Origin: an uncultured Prochlorococcus sp.
GTDB lineage: Bacteria > Cyanobacteriota > Cyanobacteriia > PCC-6307 > Cyanobiaceae
NCBI GenBank assembly: GCA_902596585.1
Contig: CACJUL010000001.1
Span: forward strand, 16,659-80,658
Length of the DNA stretch: 64,000 nucleotides
Direction: 5' to 3'
Shown: positions 10,921-21,539 of the stretch, piece by piece
Numbering within the stretch: position 1 is the first letter of the stretch
How the letters are laid out: each line of letters opens with the position of its first letter
The notes under the pieces: model-generated
The model's input: only the letters and a program-made list of their open reading frames with translations
What the model was told of the DNA's origin: nothing
The model's database searches: none
Translations under genes and position numbers: made by a program

Positions 10921-11200
10921 TTTAGATAAAAAATATCACCAATATAAGGATAATTCATCCACGTGCTTTAGTGGTGATTAGATGTTAATATTATTGTAGT
11001 TATGATTAATCTAAGAGGTAATCATGACTATAAGTTCAAAAGTCTTCTAAAGCTTGATAAATAGCAGAATCTTATTGCTATAAACTTTAATTTTAAAAAG
11101 TAAATAATACTAACTTTAAACAATTGCTTTCTTAAAAAATAAAAATCTAAATCTTTACTTTAGATGATCTTTAAAATCCCAACCAATCATAATCAATTAT

Positions 11201-13012
11201 ATGTCTCAGCAAATTATCATAGCTGAGCAGTCTCGAATTGCAGCACTACTCACAGATGATCGAGTTGATGAATTAATCGTCGCACAAGGTCAATACCAAA
11301 TTGGTGATATATTTTTAGGAACAGTTGAAAATGTTCTCCCTGGCATTGATGCAGCTTTCATAGATATCGGCGAAAGTGATAAAAATGGATTCATCCATGT
11401 ATCAGATCTCGGGCCACTAAGACTCAAAAAAGGAATATTTGGAATAACTGAATTACTCGAACCAAAACAAAAAGTTTTGGTACAGGTTATAAAGGAACCC
11501 ACAGGATCAAAAGGACCTAGACTCACAGGAAGTATTTCAATCCCTGGAAAGTATTTAATACTTCAGCCGCATGGTCAAGGAGTAAATATTTCTAGAAAAA
11601 TAAATACAGAAACAGAAAGAAGTCGATTAAAAGCTCTTGGCGTTTTAATAAAACCACCTAGCACAGGTTTACTATTTAGAACAGAAGCACAAGAGATAAA
11701 AGAAGAATTACTTATTGAAGATCTAGAAAATTTAACTCAACAATGGGAGGATATTTTAAAAATTTGTGAGACTTCTAATCCTCCTAATTTAATAAAAAGA
11801 GATGATGAATTCTCTCTAAAGATTTTGAGAGATCATATTAAATCATCAACTAAAAATATAGTAATCGATAGTAAAATTTCAGTTGAAAGAGCAAAAGATT
11901 TTTTAATCAATTATGAATCTAATGTGGATATCGAATTTTACGATAACGATTTGAATCAACATATTTTAGAAAAATACGAAATAAAGAAAACAATTCAAAA
12001 AGCTCTTCAACCCAGAGTAGATCTTCCTTCTGGAGGTTATATAATTATTGAACCAACTGAAGCTCTAACAGTAATTGATGTCAACTCTGGATCATTTACA
12101 AGATCTGCTAACTCACGGCAAACAGTTTTGTGGACTAATTGCGAAGCAGCAGTTGAAATCTCAAAACAAATAAAATTAAGAAATATTGGTGGAGTTATCG
12201 TAGTTGATTTTATTGATATGGAATCTAGAAGAGATCAATTCCAGTTACTTGAACATTTTACTTCAGCAATTAAAGATGATTCTGCAAGACCTCAGATAGC
12301 TCAGCTCACTGAATTAGGTTTAGTTGAGTTAACCAGAAAAAGACAGGGCCAAAATATCTATGAACTTTTTGGTAAAAAATGTTCTAATTGCAATGGTACA
12401 GGGCATATAGAAAATAAATTGGATTTTGATATTTCTAATCTACAAATTAAAAATGTTGAAGAAAAAACTAATAAATCAAATATTATAAAAGCTACAGATG
12501 TAGATAATTCTCAATCAACTGACAAACAGGAAAAAATATCTGAAAAGGAATTACAAAACTCTAAAAACCTCAATAAGGAAGATTATGAAAACAAAAAAGA
12601 AAACGATAATGATGACATTAATACATCGAATTCAAAAGAAAAAAATATTGTAACTGTTGATCTTACTAATGATGAAAAAATTGTTTTCAGTCAATTAGGT
12701 ATTAATCCACTTATAAAGTTGGGTAAAGAGTATCTTACCAGCAATAATTTTGTGCGTTTAAAAGATAATAGTGAAGAAAAAGATAAAAAACTAACAAATA
12801 AAAAAACAACAAAAAAAGTCTCAAAATCTCTAGAATCAGAAAATATAGGGATTGATACTGAAGCAATTGCTAATTCTCAAGATAAATCAACAAAACAATC
12901 TAATGAGAATAAAGAAGTTGTAATTTTGGAAAAGGAAGATGAAATTGAAATTAAAGATGATATAAACAATGCAAGAAAAAAAAGAAGAAGATCTTCAGCA
13001 AATATTGAATAA
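11201..13012 (+). CDS. rne: Ribonuclease E
   Basis: S1 domain, DVNSG and DFIDM catalytic motifs, CxxC Zn-link, C-terminal RKKRRRSSA. Confidence 0.97.
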   Translation: MSQQIIIAEQSRIAALLTDDRVDELIVAQGQYQIGDIFLGTVENVLPGIDAAFIDIGESDKNGFIHVSDLGPLRLKKGIFGITELLEPKQKVLVQVIKEPTGSKGPRLTGSISIPGKYLILQPHGQGVNISRKINTETERSRLKALGVLIKPPSTGLLFRTEAQEIKEELLIEDLENLTQQWEDILKICETSNPPNLIKRDDEFSLKILRDHIKSSTKNIVIDSKISVERAKDFLINYESNVDIEFYDNDLNQHILEKYEIKKTIQKALQPRVDLPSGGYIIIEPTEALTVIDVNSGSFTRSANSRQTVLWTNCEAAVEISKQIKLRNIGGVIVVDFIDMESRRDQFQLLEHFTSAIKDDSARPQIAQLTELGLVELTRKRQGQNIYELFGKKCSNCNGTGHIENKLDFDISNLQIKNVEEKTNKSNIIKATDVDNSQSTDKQEKISEKELQNSKNLNKEDYENKKENDNDDINTSNSKEKNIVTVDLTNDEKIVFSQLGINPLIKLGKEYLTSNNFVRLKDNSEEKDKKLTNKKTTKKVSKSLESENIGIDTEAIANSQDKSTKQSNENKEVVILEKEDEIEIKDDINNARKKRRRSSANIE

Positions 13013-13586
13013 AATAACCGAAGTTGGAATAGACGAAGTTGGGAGGGGAGCAGTTTTTGGTCCAGTTTTCTCAGCAGTTGTAGTTTTAACTGAAAAACAT
13101 AAAGTTACCTTAAAAGAATTTGGAGTAAAAGATAGTAAAAAATTAACTCCCAAAAAAAGAAAATTACTTTTGCCAAAAATTTTATTACTTTCTAAAGATT
13201 ATGGAATTGGACAATCATCAGTTAGAGAAATAGATAAGTTTGGCATCAGAGTTGCAACAGAACTTTCAATGATAAGAGCTTTAAAAAAATTAAAAGAGAA
13301 ACCATCTGAACTAATAATTGATGGCCCCTTATTATTAAGACCATGGAAAGGAACTCAACACAATGTAGTTTCGGGAGACTCCAAATTTACAGCAATAGCT
13401 TCGGCAAGCATAGTTGCAAAAGTATCTCGCGACAATTTAATGGAAAGGTTAGAAAAAAAATACTCAGGTTACTTAATATTTAAAAATAAAGGTTATGGAA
13501 CTCGAGAACATCTTTCAATTATTAAAAGCAATGGAATAACTAATCTCCATAGAAAAAGCTTTTTAGAAAAATCAAATCTTATTTAA
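12969..13586 (+). CDS. rnhB: Ribonuclease HII
   Basis: [13 protein letters not shown], [13 protein letters not shown] and KGYGT motifs. Confidence 0.97.
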   Translation: MQEKKEEDLQQILNKITEVGIDEVGRGAVFGPVFSAVVVLTEKHKVTLKEFGVKDSKKLTPKKRKLLLPKILLLSKDYGIGQSSVREIDKFGIRVATELSMIRALKKLKEKPSELIIDGPLLLRPWKGTQHNVVSGDSKFTAIASASIVAKVSRDNLMERLEKKYSGYLIFKNKGYGTREHLSIIKSNGITNLHRKSFLEKSNLI

Positions 13587-14090
13587 TTCACACCAATCTA
13601 AAAAATCCTTAACTAATTGTTGTTGCACTCTTGATTTTATCCCCAACAAAATTCCATTTAAAACAGAATGACCTGTAGATTCCAAAATTTTCTTTGGTAC
13701 CAGTTTCAATAAAGGGGGTTGACTTACAGAAACCCCCAAAAGCGCCTCTCCTTCTAATCCTACATTTGTTGCTCCCAAATTCGCTTTCAAAATAAGATTA
13801 AAGTCATCTATGATCCCTAAACCCTCCAATTTACTTTCAAGGGCACTCATACTTAAAATTCCATCTTTATTCTCTACCGCGATTGAAACAACAGGGTTAA
13901 TATCTAATTGAAAAACCTTAAAGCTTGTTACTGTATACTTATATCTACCTTCTCCTTCGGGAACTAATTTTTTGGAGTCCAGCATTGCTCCAACAACTCT
14001 TTCTTCCTCCAAAAGATATTTAGAAAGATATTCTTTATTTCGTGTTACAGAAAGCTTTAATTTCTGCTTAGCGTCAAAAGACAATAACAT
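13572..14090 (-). CDS. DUF1997-family conserved cyanobacterial protein
   Basis: Long ORF; [16 protein letters not shown]...L..IKSR...QLVKDF..W resembles DUF1997. Confidence 0.75.
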   Translation of the reverse strand: MLLSFDAKQKLKLSVTRNKEYLSKYLLEEERVVGAMLDSKKLVPEGEGRYKYTVTSFKVFQLDINPVVSIAVENKDGILSMSALESKLEGLGIIDDFNLILKANLGATNVGLEGEALLGVSVSQPPLLKLVPKKILESTGHSVLNGILLGIKSRVQQQLVKDFLDWCELNKI

Positions 14091-14142
14091 TTTCTATATC
14101 CCTCCAATGCTTATTTGATCTCTTTTTTTCTTACGATTAATC

Positions 14143-14988
14143 ATGCGCAAACAAGTTGCATATTTGGGTCCTAAAGGGACATACGCAGAAAAAGCAGCTC
14201 ATATATTATCAAAGCTTGCCAATTTTCAGACACCTATATTTGTACCATGTAATGGGTTACATGGGGTCATTAAATCAATAGCCTACAACAATTGTGATGC
14301 TGCTGTAGTACCAATTGAAAATTCGGTGGAAGGTGGAGTTACAGCTACCCTAGATGCTCTTTGGAAATTTCCTGAAATATTTATTAATAAAGCAATTGTT
14401 TTACCAATAAAGCACGCATTAATTAGTGACGGAAATCTTTCAAACATTTCTGAGGTATTATCTCATCCTCAAGCTTTAGCTCAATGTTCCGAATGGTTAT
14501 CTGAAAATCTTCCAAATGCAATTCCTCTCCCCACAAATTCAACATCAGAAGCAGTCAATATGGTGAAAGGAAGTAAGTTTAGAGCAGCTATTGGTTCAAA
14601 ATCATTAATTCAAATTGAGGGACTTAAAGAATTAGCTTTTCCAATTAATGATGTCCCAGGAAATTGCACTAGATTTGTCTTGTTGAGCAAGAAATCGAAT
14701 GGGAGTTTAGCTAATATTTCAAGTTTTGCTTTCTCATTAATCTCAAATGAACCTGGTGCTTTACTTAAAGCTATTAAATATGTGGCAGATTTCGGATTTA
14801 ATATGAGTAAGATCGAGTCAAGGCCATCCAAAAGAGAATTAGGAGAATATATAATTTACATTGATTTAGAAATAAATAATCAAAACAATATTGAAAATCT
14901 TTTTGAATTAAAAAATCAACTTAAGCCTTTATGTAAGAACTTTGTAGATTTTGGAAATTATTTTTCTGAAAATATTGAACTAAATTAA
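14143..14988 (+). CDS. pheA: Prephenate dehydratase
   Basis: AYLGPKGT, PIENSVEG, SHPQALAQC, NCTRF, and ACT domain IESRP. Confidence 0.97.
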   Translation: MRKQVAYLGPKGTYAEKAAHILSKLANFQTPIFVPCNGLHGVIKSIAYNNCDAAVVPIENSVEGGVTATLDALWKFPEIFINKAIVLPIKHALISDGNLSNISEVLSHPQALAQCSEWLSENLPNAIPLPTNSTSEAVNMVKGSKFRAAIGSKSLIQIEGLKELAFPINDVPGNCTRFVLLSKKSNGSLANISSFAFSLISNEPGALLKAIKYVADFGFNMSKIESRPSKRELGEYIIYIDLEINNQNNIENLFELKNQLKPLCKNFVDFGNYFSENIELN

Positions 14989-14989
14989 A

Positions 14990-15925
14990 TTATCCTCTAC
15001 ATTTATAAACTCCAAACTCCATTAAACCTTTTTTAAATGACCAATTCATAAGAAGAATAGTTGGAATTTCTCTAATAGACTTCACTATCGCTAGAGGGCC
15101 AAGAGACAAAATCACAAAGGGTCTTCGAATCCCTTCAATAATAGAGTCGTACCAAGAAGGATTGGTATAAAAATTCCAATTCTCAGAAATAACTCTTCCT
15201 GCACTATTTTTATTAACTCTAAGAATATTACTAAATTCATTAATGCTAATAAAATTAGGATGAACCCACTGTTCAAGTAACTGTTTAAGAACTAACTTCT
15301 CAAAAAAAGTTGGAGGATATGCCCTTAGATCTCTTGAATTCCAATCAGCAATTGCCAAATATCCTCCTGGCCTCAAAGTTCTCAACATTTCATCTGCAAA
15401 CTTATTTTTATCATTCATGTGTGCACCAGCCTCAACACTCCAGACAGCGTCAAATGATCCGTCTTCAAATTTTAAATCCAATGCATCCATGACAAGAAAA
15501 TTACAATTAAGTCCTGAAGGTGTTAGTTCTCTTGCTCTTTTTACTTGAGCAGGGCTAATTGTAATTCCAGTTACATTAAATCCATAATATTTTGCAAGAA
15601 TTCTAGAACTTCCTCCTATTCCGCACCCCACATCAAGAATTCTTGAACCTTTTGGTAGTTTATCTAAACCACTCCAATTAACTAATTTATGAGCAAACTG
15701 TACCTTAGCCTCTCTAAAATCAATATTTTGTTTGCCTGTGGCATAAAAGCCCAAATGTATATGTTCTCCCCACAATCTCTCAAGTAATTTATCCTGAGTC
15801 CAAGCATCATATGCTGATGCTACCGTACCAGAAGAAATATATTTTCTAGAATTATTTCTCCAAATAATACATAAAGTTAATAGACAAAAAAATAGTATAA
15901 AAAGCGTTAATACTAATTGAATCAT
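14990..15925 (-). CDS. SAM-dependent MPBQ/MSBQ methyltransferase (Sll0418-like, prenylquinone biosynthesis)
   Basis: N-terminal TM helix, WGEHIHLG, LDVGCGIGGS, WSVEAGAHM. Confidence 0.8.
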   Translation of the reverse strand: MIQLVLTLFILFFCLLTLCIIWRNNSRKYISSGTVASAYDAWTQDKLLERLWGEHIHLGFYATGKQNIDFREAKVQFAHKLVNWSGLDKLPKGSRILDVGCGIGGSSRILAKYYGFNVTGITISPAQVKRARELTPSGLNCNFLVMDALDLKFEDGSFDAVWSVEAGAHMNDKNKFADEMLRTLRPGGYLAIADWNSRDLRAYPPTFFEKLVLKQLLEQWVHPNFISINEFSNILRVNKNSAGRVISENWNFYTNPSWYDSIIEGIRRPFVILSLGPLAIVKSIREIPTILLMNWSFKKGLMEFGVYKCRG

Positions 15926-16582
15926 TTAATTTTCTTTTATATCAGGAAAACTTTCTTTCAATGCTGTTCTAGCAGCAAGTTGTTTTCTTGTATGATCAAG
16001 CATTTCAAATTCTCTTTCTAAACGAGTAAAAGTATTTCTTTCCTCTAAAAGTCTTTGCTGTTCCTCTGCGACAGAACCTCCTAAATGAGCCCCAATCCAA
16101 AATGATAATTCCATAGGATTGTTTGGCAATTTATCAGGAAAATTTTTATTAGTATTTGTCAATTTACTTGTGAGATTAATGACATCACTAAGAGCTTCGG
16201 TAACTGAATCTTTCAAAGAATCTAATTTTTGAAGATTATCAACATTATCATCACTTATCCAACTTACCATCGCTGAACAAAAAGGTGTTGAACGTGTGAT
16301 TTCTAGAACTTGAAATCTTTGTTGTCCAAGAGTGATTATATTACTTCTCCCATCATCTGCAGTTTGATGTTTTATTATTTGGGCACAACAGCCTACATTT
16401 GCCATTGTTTTTGAAGAAGGATCCCACTTTATAACCCCGAACATTGAATCTGTCTCGAGTACAGACTGAAGCATTATCCTATATCTTGATTCAAAAATAT
16501 GTAATGGTAAAACTTCTTGAGGGAAAAGAACTACTTCTGGCAAAGGAAACAAAGGTAATTCCCTTACTGAGAGCTCTCCCAT
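15926..16582 (-). CDS. Stand-alone LON peptidase substrate-binding (N-terminal) domain protein
   Basis: LPLFPLPEVVLFP...LHIFESRY; no AAA+ or protease domain. Confidence 0.9.
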   Translation of the reverse strand: MGELSVRELPLFPLPEVVLFPQEVLPLHIFESRYRIMLQSVLETDSMFGVIKWDPSSKTMANVGCCAQIIKHQTADDGRSNIITLGQQRFQVLEITRSTPFCSAMVSWISDDNVDNLQKLDSLKDSVTEALSDVINLTSKLTNTNKNFPDKLPNNPMELSFWIGAHLGGSVAEEQQRLLEERNTFTRLEREFEMLDHTRKQLAARTALKESFPDIKEN

Positions 16583-16638
16583 TTAAACCTCATTTATATC
16601 CATTCATAATAAACAATTTAAGTCCTTTTCGGGAATTC

Positions 16639-16959
16639 TTAAAGTTTAACTTCTATATCAACTCCACTAGGAAGATCTAACTTCATTAAAGCATCAATAG
16701 TCTTTGCAGAAGGACTATAAATATCGATAATTCGTCTATGCGTTCTTGTTTCAAAATGCTCTCTAGAATCTTTATCAACATGTGGTGATCTTAGTACACA
16801 GTAAATTTTCCTTTTTGTCGGAAGAGGTATTGGACCAATTGCTGAAGCAGAGGTAGTATCGGCAGTTTGAATTATTTTATCGCAAGACAAATCAAGCATT
16901 CTTCTATCAAATGCTTTCAGTCTTATTCTTATTTTTTGTTGTGCAATTGATGCAGTCAT
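16639..16959 (-). CDS. rpsJ: 30S ribosomal protein S10
   Basis: [31 protein letters not shown]. Confidence 0.99.
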   Translation of the reverse strand: MTASIAQQKIRIRLKAFDRRMLDLSCDKIIQTADTTSASAIGPIPLPTKRKIYCVLRSPHVDKDSREHFETRTHRRIIDIYSPSAKTIDALMKLDLPSGVDIEVKL

Positions 16960-16983
16960 AATTTCAAATTAACTTTTGATGTT

Positions 16984-17006
16984 GGGCCATTGAATATCAA
17001 TGACCC
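16984..17006 (-). other. 10-bp RNA hairpin in the tuf-rpsJ spacer
   Basis: mRNA GGGUCAUUGA-UAU-UCAAUGGCCC pairs fully, with one U.G pair that works only on the minus strand; no U-tract follows. Confidence 0.6.
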
Positions 17007-17060
17007 TTATCAATTTCTTATATTAAGTGATAGAGGTTAAATTCTAAAAAATCAAAAATA

Positions 17061-18260
17061 TTAATTGATAATCTTAGAGACAACTCCAGCACCAATAGTA
17101 CGTCCACCTTCACGGATTGCGAATCTCATACCTTGTTCAATAGCAACTGGGCAGATTAACTCTCCAGTCATCTTGATTCTGTCACCAGGCATGACCATCT
17201 CAACATTAGAACCATCATCAGAGGTAAAAGCTGTTATTTGACCTGTCACATCAGTTGTTCTGATATAAAACTGCGGTCTATATCCAGCAAAGAATGGAGT
17301 ATGTCTACCGCCCTCTTCTTTTTTGAGAACATAAACTTCACCTTCAAATTTAGTATGAGGAGTAATAGATCCTTTTTTAACAAGGACCATTCCTCTTTCA
17401 ATATCTTCTTTCTGAACACCACGCAGTAATAAACCAACATTATCACCAGCCATACCTTCATCAAGAAGTTTACGGAACATTTCAACTCCAGTAACTGTTG
17501 TTAATCTTGTATCTCTTATTCCAACTATTTCGACCTCTTCTCCAACAGTAACTTTTCCTCTCTCAATCCTTCCTGTTGCAACAGTTCCTCTACCAGTAAT
17601 TGAGAAGACATCTTCAACAGCCATCAAGAATGGTTTATCGACTTCTCTTTCGGGTTCAGGAATACTAGCATCAACTGCTTTCATTAATTCTTCAATTTTT
17701 GATTCCCAAGTAGAATCACCTTCAAGAGCTTTTAGACCGGAGACTTGAACTATAGGAATATCATCACCAGGGAAATCATAACTATCTAATAGTTCCCTGA
17801 TTTCCATTTCAACAAGTTCAATAATTTCCTCATCATCGACCATATCGCATTTATTGAGAGCCACTACAAGAGCAGGTACGCCAACTTGCTTAGCTAGAAG
17901 AATATGTTCTTTAGTTTGCGCCATGGGACCATCTGTAGCTGCACAGACAAGAATAGCTCCGTCCATTTGTGCTGCTCCTGTAATCATGTTTTTTACATAA
18001 TCAGCGTGTCCTGGGCAATCTACATGAGCATAATGTCTGCCTTCAGTTTCATATTCGACGTGAGCTGTATTAATAGTAATGCCACGCTCTCTTTCTTCAG
18101 GAGCACCGTCAATGTCTCCATAGTCTTGAGCTTGAGCTTGACCTTTTTTTGCTAGTACGTTTGTAATAGCAGCAGTAAGTGTTGTTTTTCCATGATCAAC
18201 ATGGCCAATAGTACCTATGTTGACATGTGGTTTGTTTCTTTCGAACTTCTCGCGAGCCAT
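17061..18260 (-). CDS. tuf: Elongation factor Tu
   Basis: [25 protein letters not shown]. Confidence 0.99.
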   Translation of the reverse strand: MAREKFERNKPHVNIGTIGHVDHGKTTLTAAITNVLAKKGQAQAQDYGDIDGAPEERERGITINTAHVEYETEGRHYAHVDCPGHADYVKNMITGAAQMDGAILVCAATDGPMAQTKEHILLAKQVGVPALVVALNKCDMVDDEEIIELVEMEIRELLDSYDFPGDDIPIVQVSGLKALEGDSTWESKIEELMKAVDASIPEPEREVDKPFLMAVEDVFSITGRGTVATGRIERGKVTVGEEVEIVGIRDTRLTTVTGVEMFRKLLDEGMAGDNVGLLLRGVQKEDIERGMVLVKKGSITPHTKFEGEVYVLKKEEGGRHTPFFAGYRPQFYIRTTDVTGQITAFTSDDGSNVEMVMPGDRIKMTGELICPVAIEQGMRFAIREGGRTIGAGVVSKIIN

Positions 18261-18303
18261 TTGAATTAAAGAATCGAGGGTTTAAGAGTGTTTTGTTTAG
18301 AGA

Positions 18304-20379
18304 TCAGGAGTTGCCCTGATTCTTGGAAATGATAGCTTCAGCAACGTTACGAGGGACTTCCTCATAATTTGCGAACTCCATTGAAAATATACCCCGACCT
18401 TGAGTCATTGATCGGAGTTGAGTGGCATAACCGAACATTTCGGCTAAGGGCACTTTGGCCTGTACCTTAGACAATCCATCATCAACAGATTGTCCTTCGA
18501 CTTGACCTCGTCTAGAAGAGAGATCACCAATTACAGATCCTAGAAAGTCATCAGGACTTTCGACCTCGACTTTCATCATAGGCTCTAAAAGGACAGGGTT
18601 GCATTTTTTAACCCCATCTTTAAAAGCCATAGAGCCTGCAATTTTGAAGGCCATTTCAGATGAGTCTACATCGTGGAATGAACCATCGACTAGTGTTACT
18701 TTTACATCAATGAGTGGATAACCGGCAAGGACCCCTGATTCACAGGTTTCTTTCATTCCATTAGATGCGGGGCCTATATACTCTTTAGGTACAGCTCCAC
18801 CAACAATTTTATTTACAAATTCGAAACCTTTACCAACTTCAGCAGGTTCCATTTCAATGATTACGTGACCATATTGTCCTTTTCCTCCAGTTTGTCTTGC
18901 ATACTTACCTTCACCTTTGGAACTAGACCTGATGGTCTCTCTATATGAAACCTGCGGAGCTCCAATATTAGCTTCAACTTTAAATTCCCTTAACATTCTG
19001 TCAACAAGGATTTCTAAGTGTAACTCACCCATACCAGCGATTACAGTCTGATTTGTCTCAGGATCTGTACTTACCCTAAAAGTTGGATCCTCTTCAGATA
19101 AAGCAGTTAAAGCCTTTGACAATTTTTCCATATCCCCTTTAGTTTTTGGCTCAACCGCCACAGAGATAACTGGTTCTGGTATAAACAAAGTTTCCAAAAC
19201 AATAGGATCTTCGGTATTACATAAAGTGTCACCAGTAGTTGTATTTTTGAGACCCAGTACAGCTCCCAAATCTCCAGCCCTCAATTCATCAACCTCCTCT
19301 CTTTCATCCGCTTTTAAAATAACTAATCTAGAAATTCTTTCTTTAGCATCTTTTGTTGAATTCATAACATAACTACCCTTTGAAAGAACTCCTGAATACA
19401 TTCTCACAAAAGTTAATTTTCCATAAGGGTCAGACATGACTTTGAAAGCTAATGCACTGAAAGGTGCATTATCATCAGATGGTCTAACATCTTCTTTACC
19501 ACTTGGTAAAACACCTTGTATTGGTTTCACATCAACGGGAGCGGGTAAGTAATCAACTACTGCATCCAAAACAAGCTGGACTCCTTTATTCTTAAAAGCT
19601 GAACCACACAATACAGGTACTAATCCATGTTTTAAAACCCCTTCTCTTATTCCTTTTTTAAGTTGAGATTCGGATAACTCTCCTGTTTCAAGAAATATTT
19701 CTATTAACTCTTCGTCATTTTCAGCTACACTTTCCATCAACTTATTTCTCCACTCAGCTGCTTCCTCCTCCATTTCAGGTGGGATAGGTGCTTCTTCAAT
19801 ATCAGTACCTAAATCATTTTTGTAGAGATAAGCTTTATTTGCAACTAAATCAATGATTCCTGTGAGATCACCCTCAGCCCCAATGGGTAACTGAATAGGA
19901 AGAGCATTTGCTTTTAGTCGATCTTTAATTTGATTGTTTACTTTCAAGAAATCTGCTCCAGTTCTATCCATTTTGTTTACAAAAACCATTCTTGGAACAG
20001 AGTACCTATCCGCTTGACGCCAAACTGTTTCAGATTGAGGCTGAACTCCACCAACAGCACAAAATACTGCAATGACTCCATCTAATACTCGCATTGATCT
20101 TTCTACTTCAATAGTGAAATCGACGTGACCTGGAGTATCTATAATATTGATCCTATGATCTTGCCAACTTGTGGATATTGCAGCAGCAGTAATAGTTATT
20201 CCTCTTTCTCTTTCTTGATCCATCCAATCTGTTACAGCAGCACCATCGTGAACCTCACCTATCTTGTGGACTACACCGGAATAAAACAAGATTCTTTCAG
20301 TGGTTGTTGTCTTCCCTGCATCAATATGAGCGGCTATACCTATGTTCCTTACTCGTTCTAGGGGAAAGTCGCGTGCCAA
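18304..20379 (-). CDS. fusA: Elongation factor G
   Basis: [29 protein letters not shown]; TTG start. Confidence 0.99.
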   Translation of the reverse strand: MARDFPLERVRNIGIAAHIDAGKTTTTERILFYSGVVHKIGEVHDGAAVTDWMDQERERGITITAAAISTSWQDHRINIIDTPGHVDFTIEVERSMRVLDGVIAVFCAVGGVQPQSETVWRQADRYSVPRMVFVNKMDRTGADFLKVNNQIKDRLKANALPIQLPIGAEGDLTGIIDLVANKAYLYKNDLGTDIEEAPIPPEMEEEAAEWRNKLMESVAENDEELIEIFLETGELSESQLKKGIREGVLKHGLVPVLCGSAFKNKGVQLVLDAVVDYLPAPVDVKPIQGVLPSGKEDVRPSDDNAPFSALAFKVMSDPYGKLTFVRMYSGVLSKGSYVMNSTKDAKERISRLVILKADEREEVDELRAGDLGAVLGLKNTTTGDTLCNTEDPIVLETLFIPEPVISVAVEPKTKGDMEKLSKALTALSEEDPTFRVSTDPETNQTVIAGMGELHLEILVDRMLREFKVEANIGAPQVSYRETIRSSSKGEGKYARQTGGKGQYGHVIIEMEPAEVGKGFEFVNKIVGGAVPKEYIGPASNGMKETCESGVLAGYPLIDVKVTLVDGSFHDVDSSEMAFKIAGSMAFKDGVKKCNPVLLEPMMKVEVESPDDFLGSVIGDLSSRRGQVEGQSVDDGLSKVQAKVPLAEMFGYATQLRSMTQGRGIFSMEFANYEEVPRNVAEAIISKNQGNS

Positions 20380-20409
20380 TTTTAAAGCTCCAAATAAAAT
20401 AAATTTTGA

Positions 20410-20458
20410 TAAGTATAGTTCACACTAAAAGTAAACTTTTATAATAATAAACTACTTA
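20410..20458 (-). promoter_or_regulatory. Long imperfect hairpin in the rpsG-fusA spacer (candidate cis-regulatory RNA)
   Basis: mRNA stems UAAGUA/UACUUA, GUUUAU/GUGAAC (two G.U pairs) and UAAAAG/CUUUUA. Confidence 0.45.
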
Positions 20459-20476
20459 AGTACCTTTTTGACGAAT

Positions 20477-20947
20477 TTAGTATCTGTAATGTGCAAAAGC
20501 CTTATTAGCCTCAGCCATTTTATGAGTATCTTCTCTTTTTTTAACTGAACTACCAGTCTCATTTGCTGCATCCATTAACTCACCAGCAAGTTTTTGAGAC
20601 ATACTTTTGCCATTTCTTGCGCGAGAGAATGTTACTAACCATCTTAATGCCATCGCTGTTCCCCTTTCTTGGCGTACTTCCATTGGAACTTGATATGTTG
20701 CACCACCAACTCTTCTAGCTCTTACTTCGACAAGAGGCGTAGCATTTTTTACAGCTGTTTCAAATAGCTCAACTGCATTGCCACCAGTTCTTTCACTAAT
20801 TAGAGAAAAAGCATCAGACAATATTCTTTGAGCTGTAGATTTTTTACCATGTTTCATCAACCTAGAAATCATCATTGAAGCTAGACGACTATTAAATTGA
20901 GGATCTGGAAGAACTGGTCTTTTTACTGCTGCATTACGACGTGACAT
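20477..20947 (-). CDS. rpsG: 30S ribosomal protein S7
   Basis: [25 protein letters not shown]. Confidence 0.99.
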
Positions 20948-20972
20948 TTTTTTTTAAAGTACTGTTTACAAA

Positions 20973-21347
20973 TTAGTCTTTTGGAGCTTTTGCTCCATAC
21001 TTAGATCTGGATTGACGTCTATCTTTGACTCCAGCCGTATCTAAAGTTCCCCTTATTATATGATATCTAACTCCTGGCAAATCCTTAACTCTTCCACCCC
21101 TGAGTAATACCACAGAGTGTTCTTGCAAATTATGTCCAATTCCAGGGATGTAAGCTGTTACTTCAAAACCTGAAGTTAATCTTACTCTTGCAACTTTTCT
21201 CAAGGCTGAATTAGGTTTTTTTGGAGTAGATGTATAGACCCTAGTACATACTCCTCTTCTCTCAGGACAAGCTTTAAGCGCGGGAGACTTTGTTTTCCTC
21301 GTCAGACGTTTTCTTTCTGAACCAATTAATTGTGAAATGGTGGGCAT
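20973..21347 (-). CDS. rpsL: 30S ribosomal protein S12
   Basis: [23 protein letters not shown]. Confidence 0.99.
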   Translation of the reverse strand: MPTISQLIGSERKRLTRKTKSPALKACPERRGVCTRVYTSTPKKPNSALRKVARVRLTSGFEVTAYIPGIGHNLQEHSVVLLRGGRVKDLPGVRYHIIRGTLDTAGVKDRRQSRSKYGAKAPKD

Positions 21348-21539
21348 CTATTATTTTTAGATAAAAATAAACATTTAATTATCATAACCTTTTACGAGCA
21401 CCAACTAAAGTTTTTGATCAATTTTTTTTAAAATTAGTAAAATTAAATTGTTTGGTAAATATTAATTATTTTTAGATTTATTTTGATATTTATTTTTATA
21501 ATGGAGTTACATAATTATCTAAATAAAGTTAAATAATCT

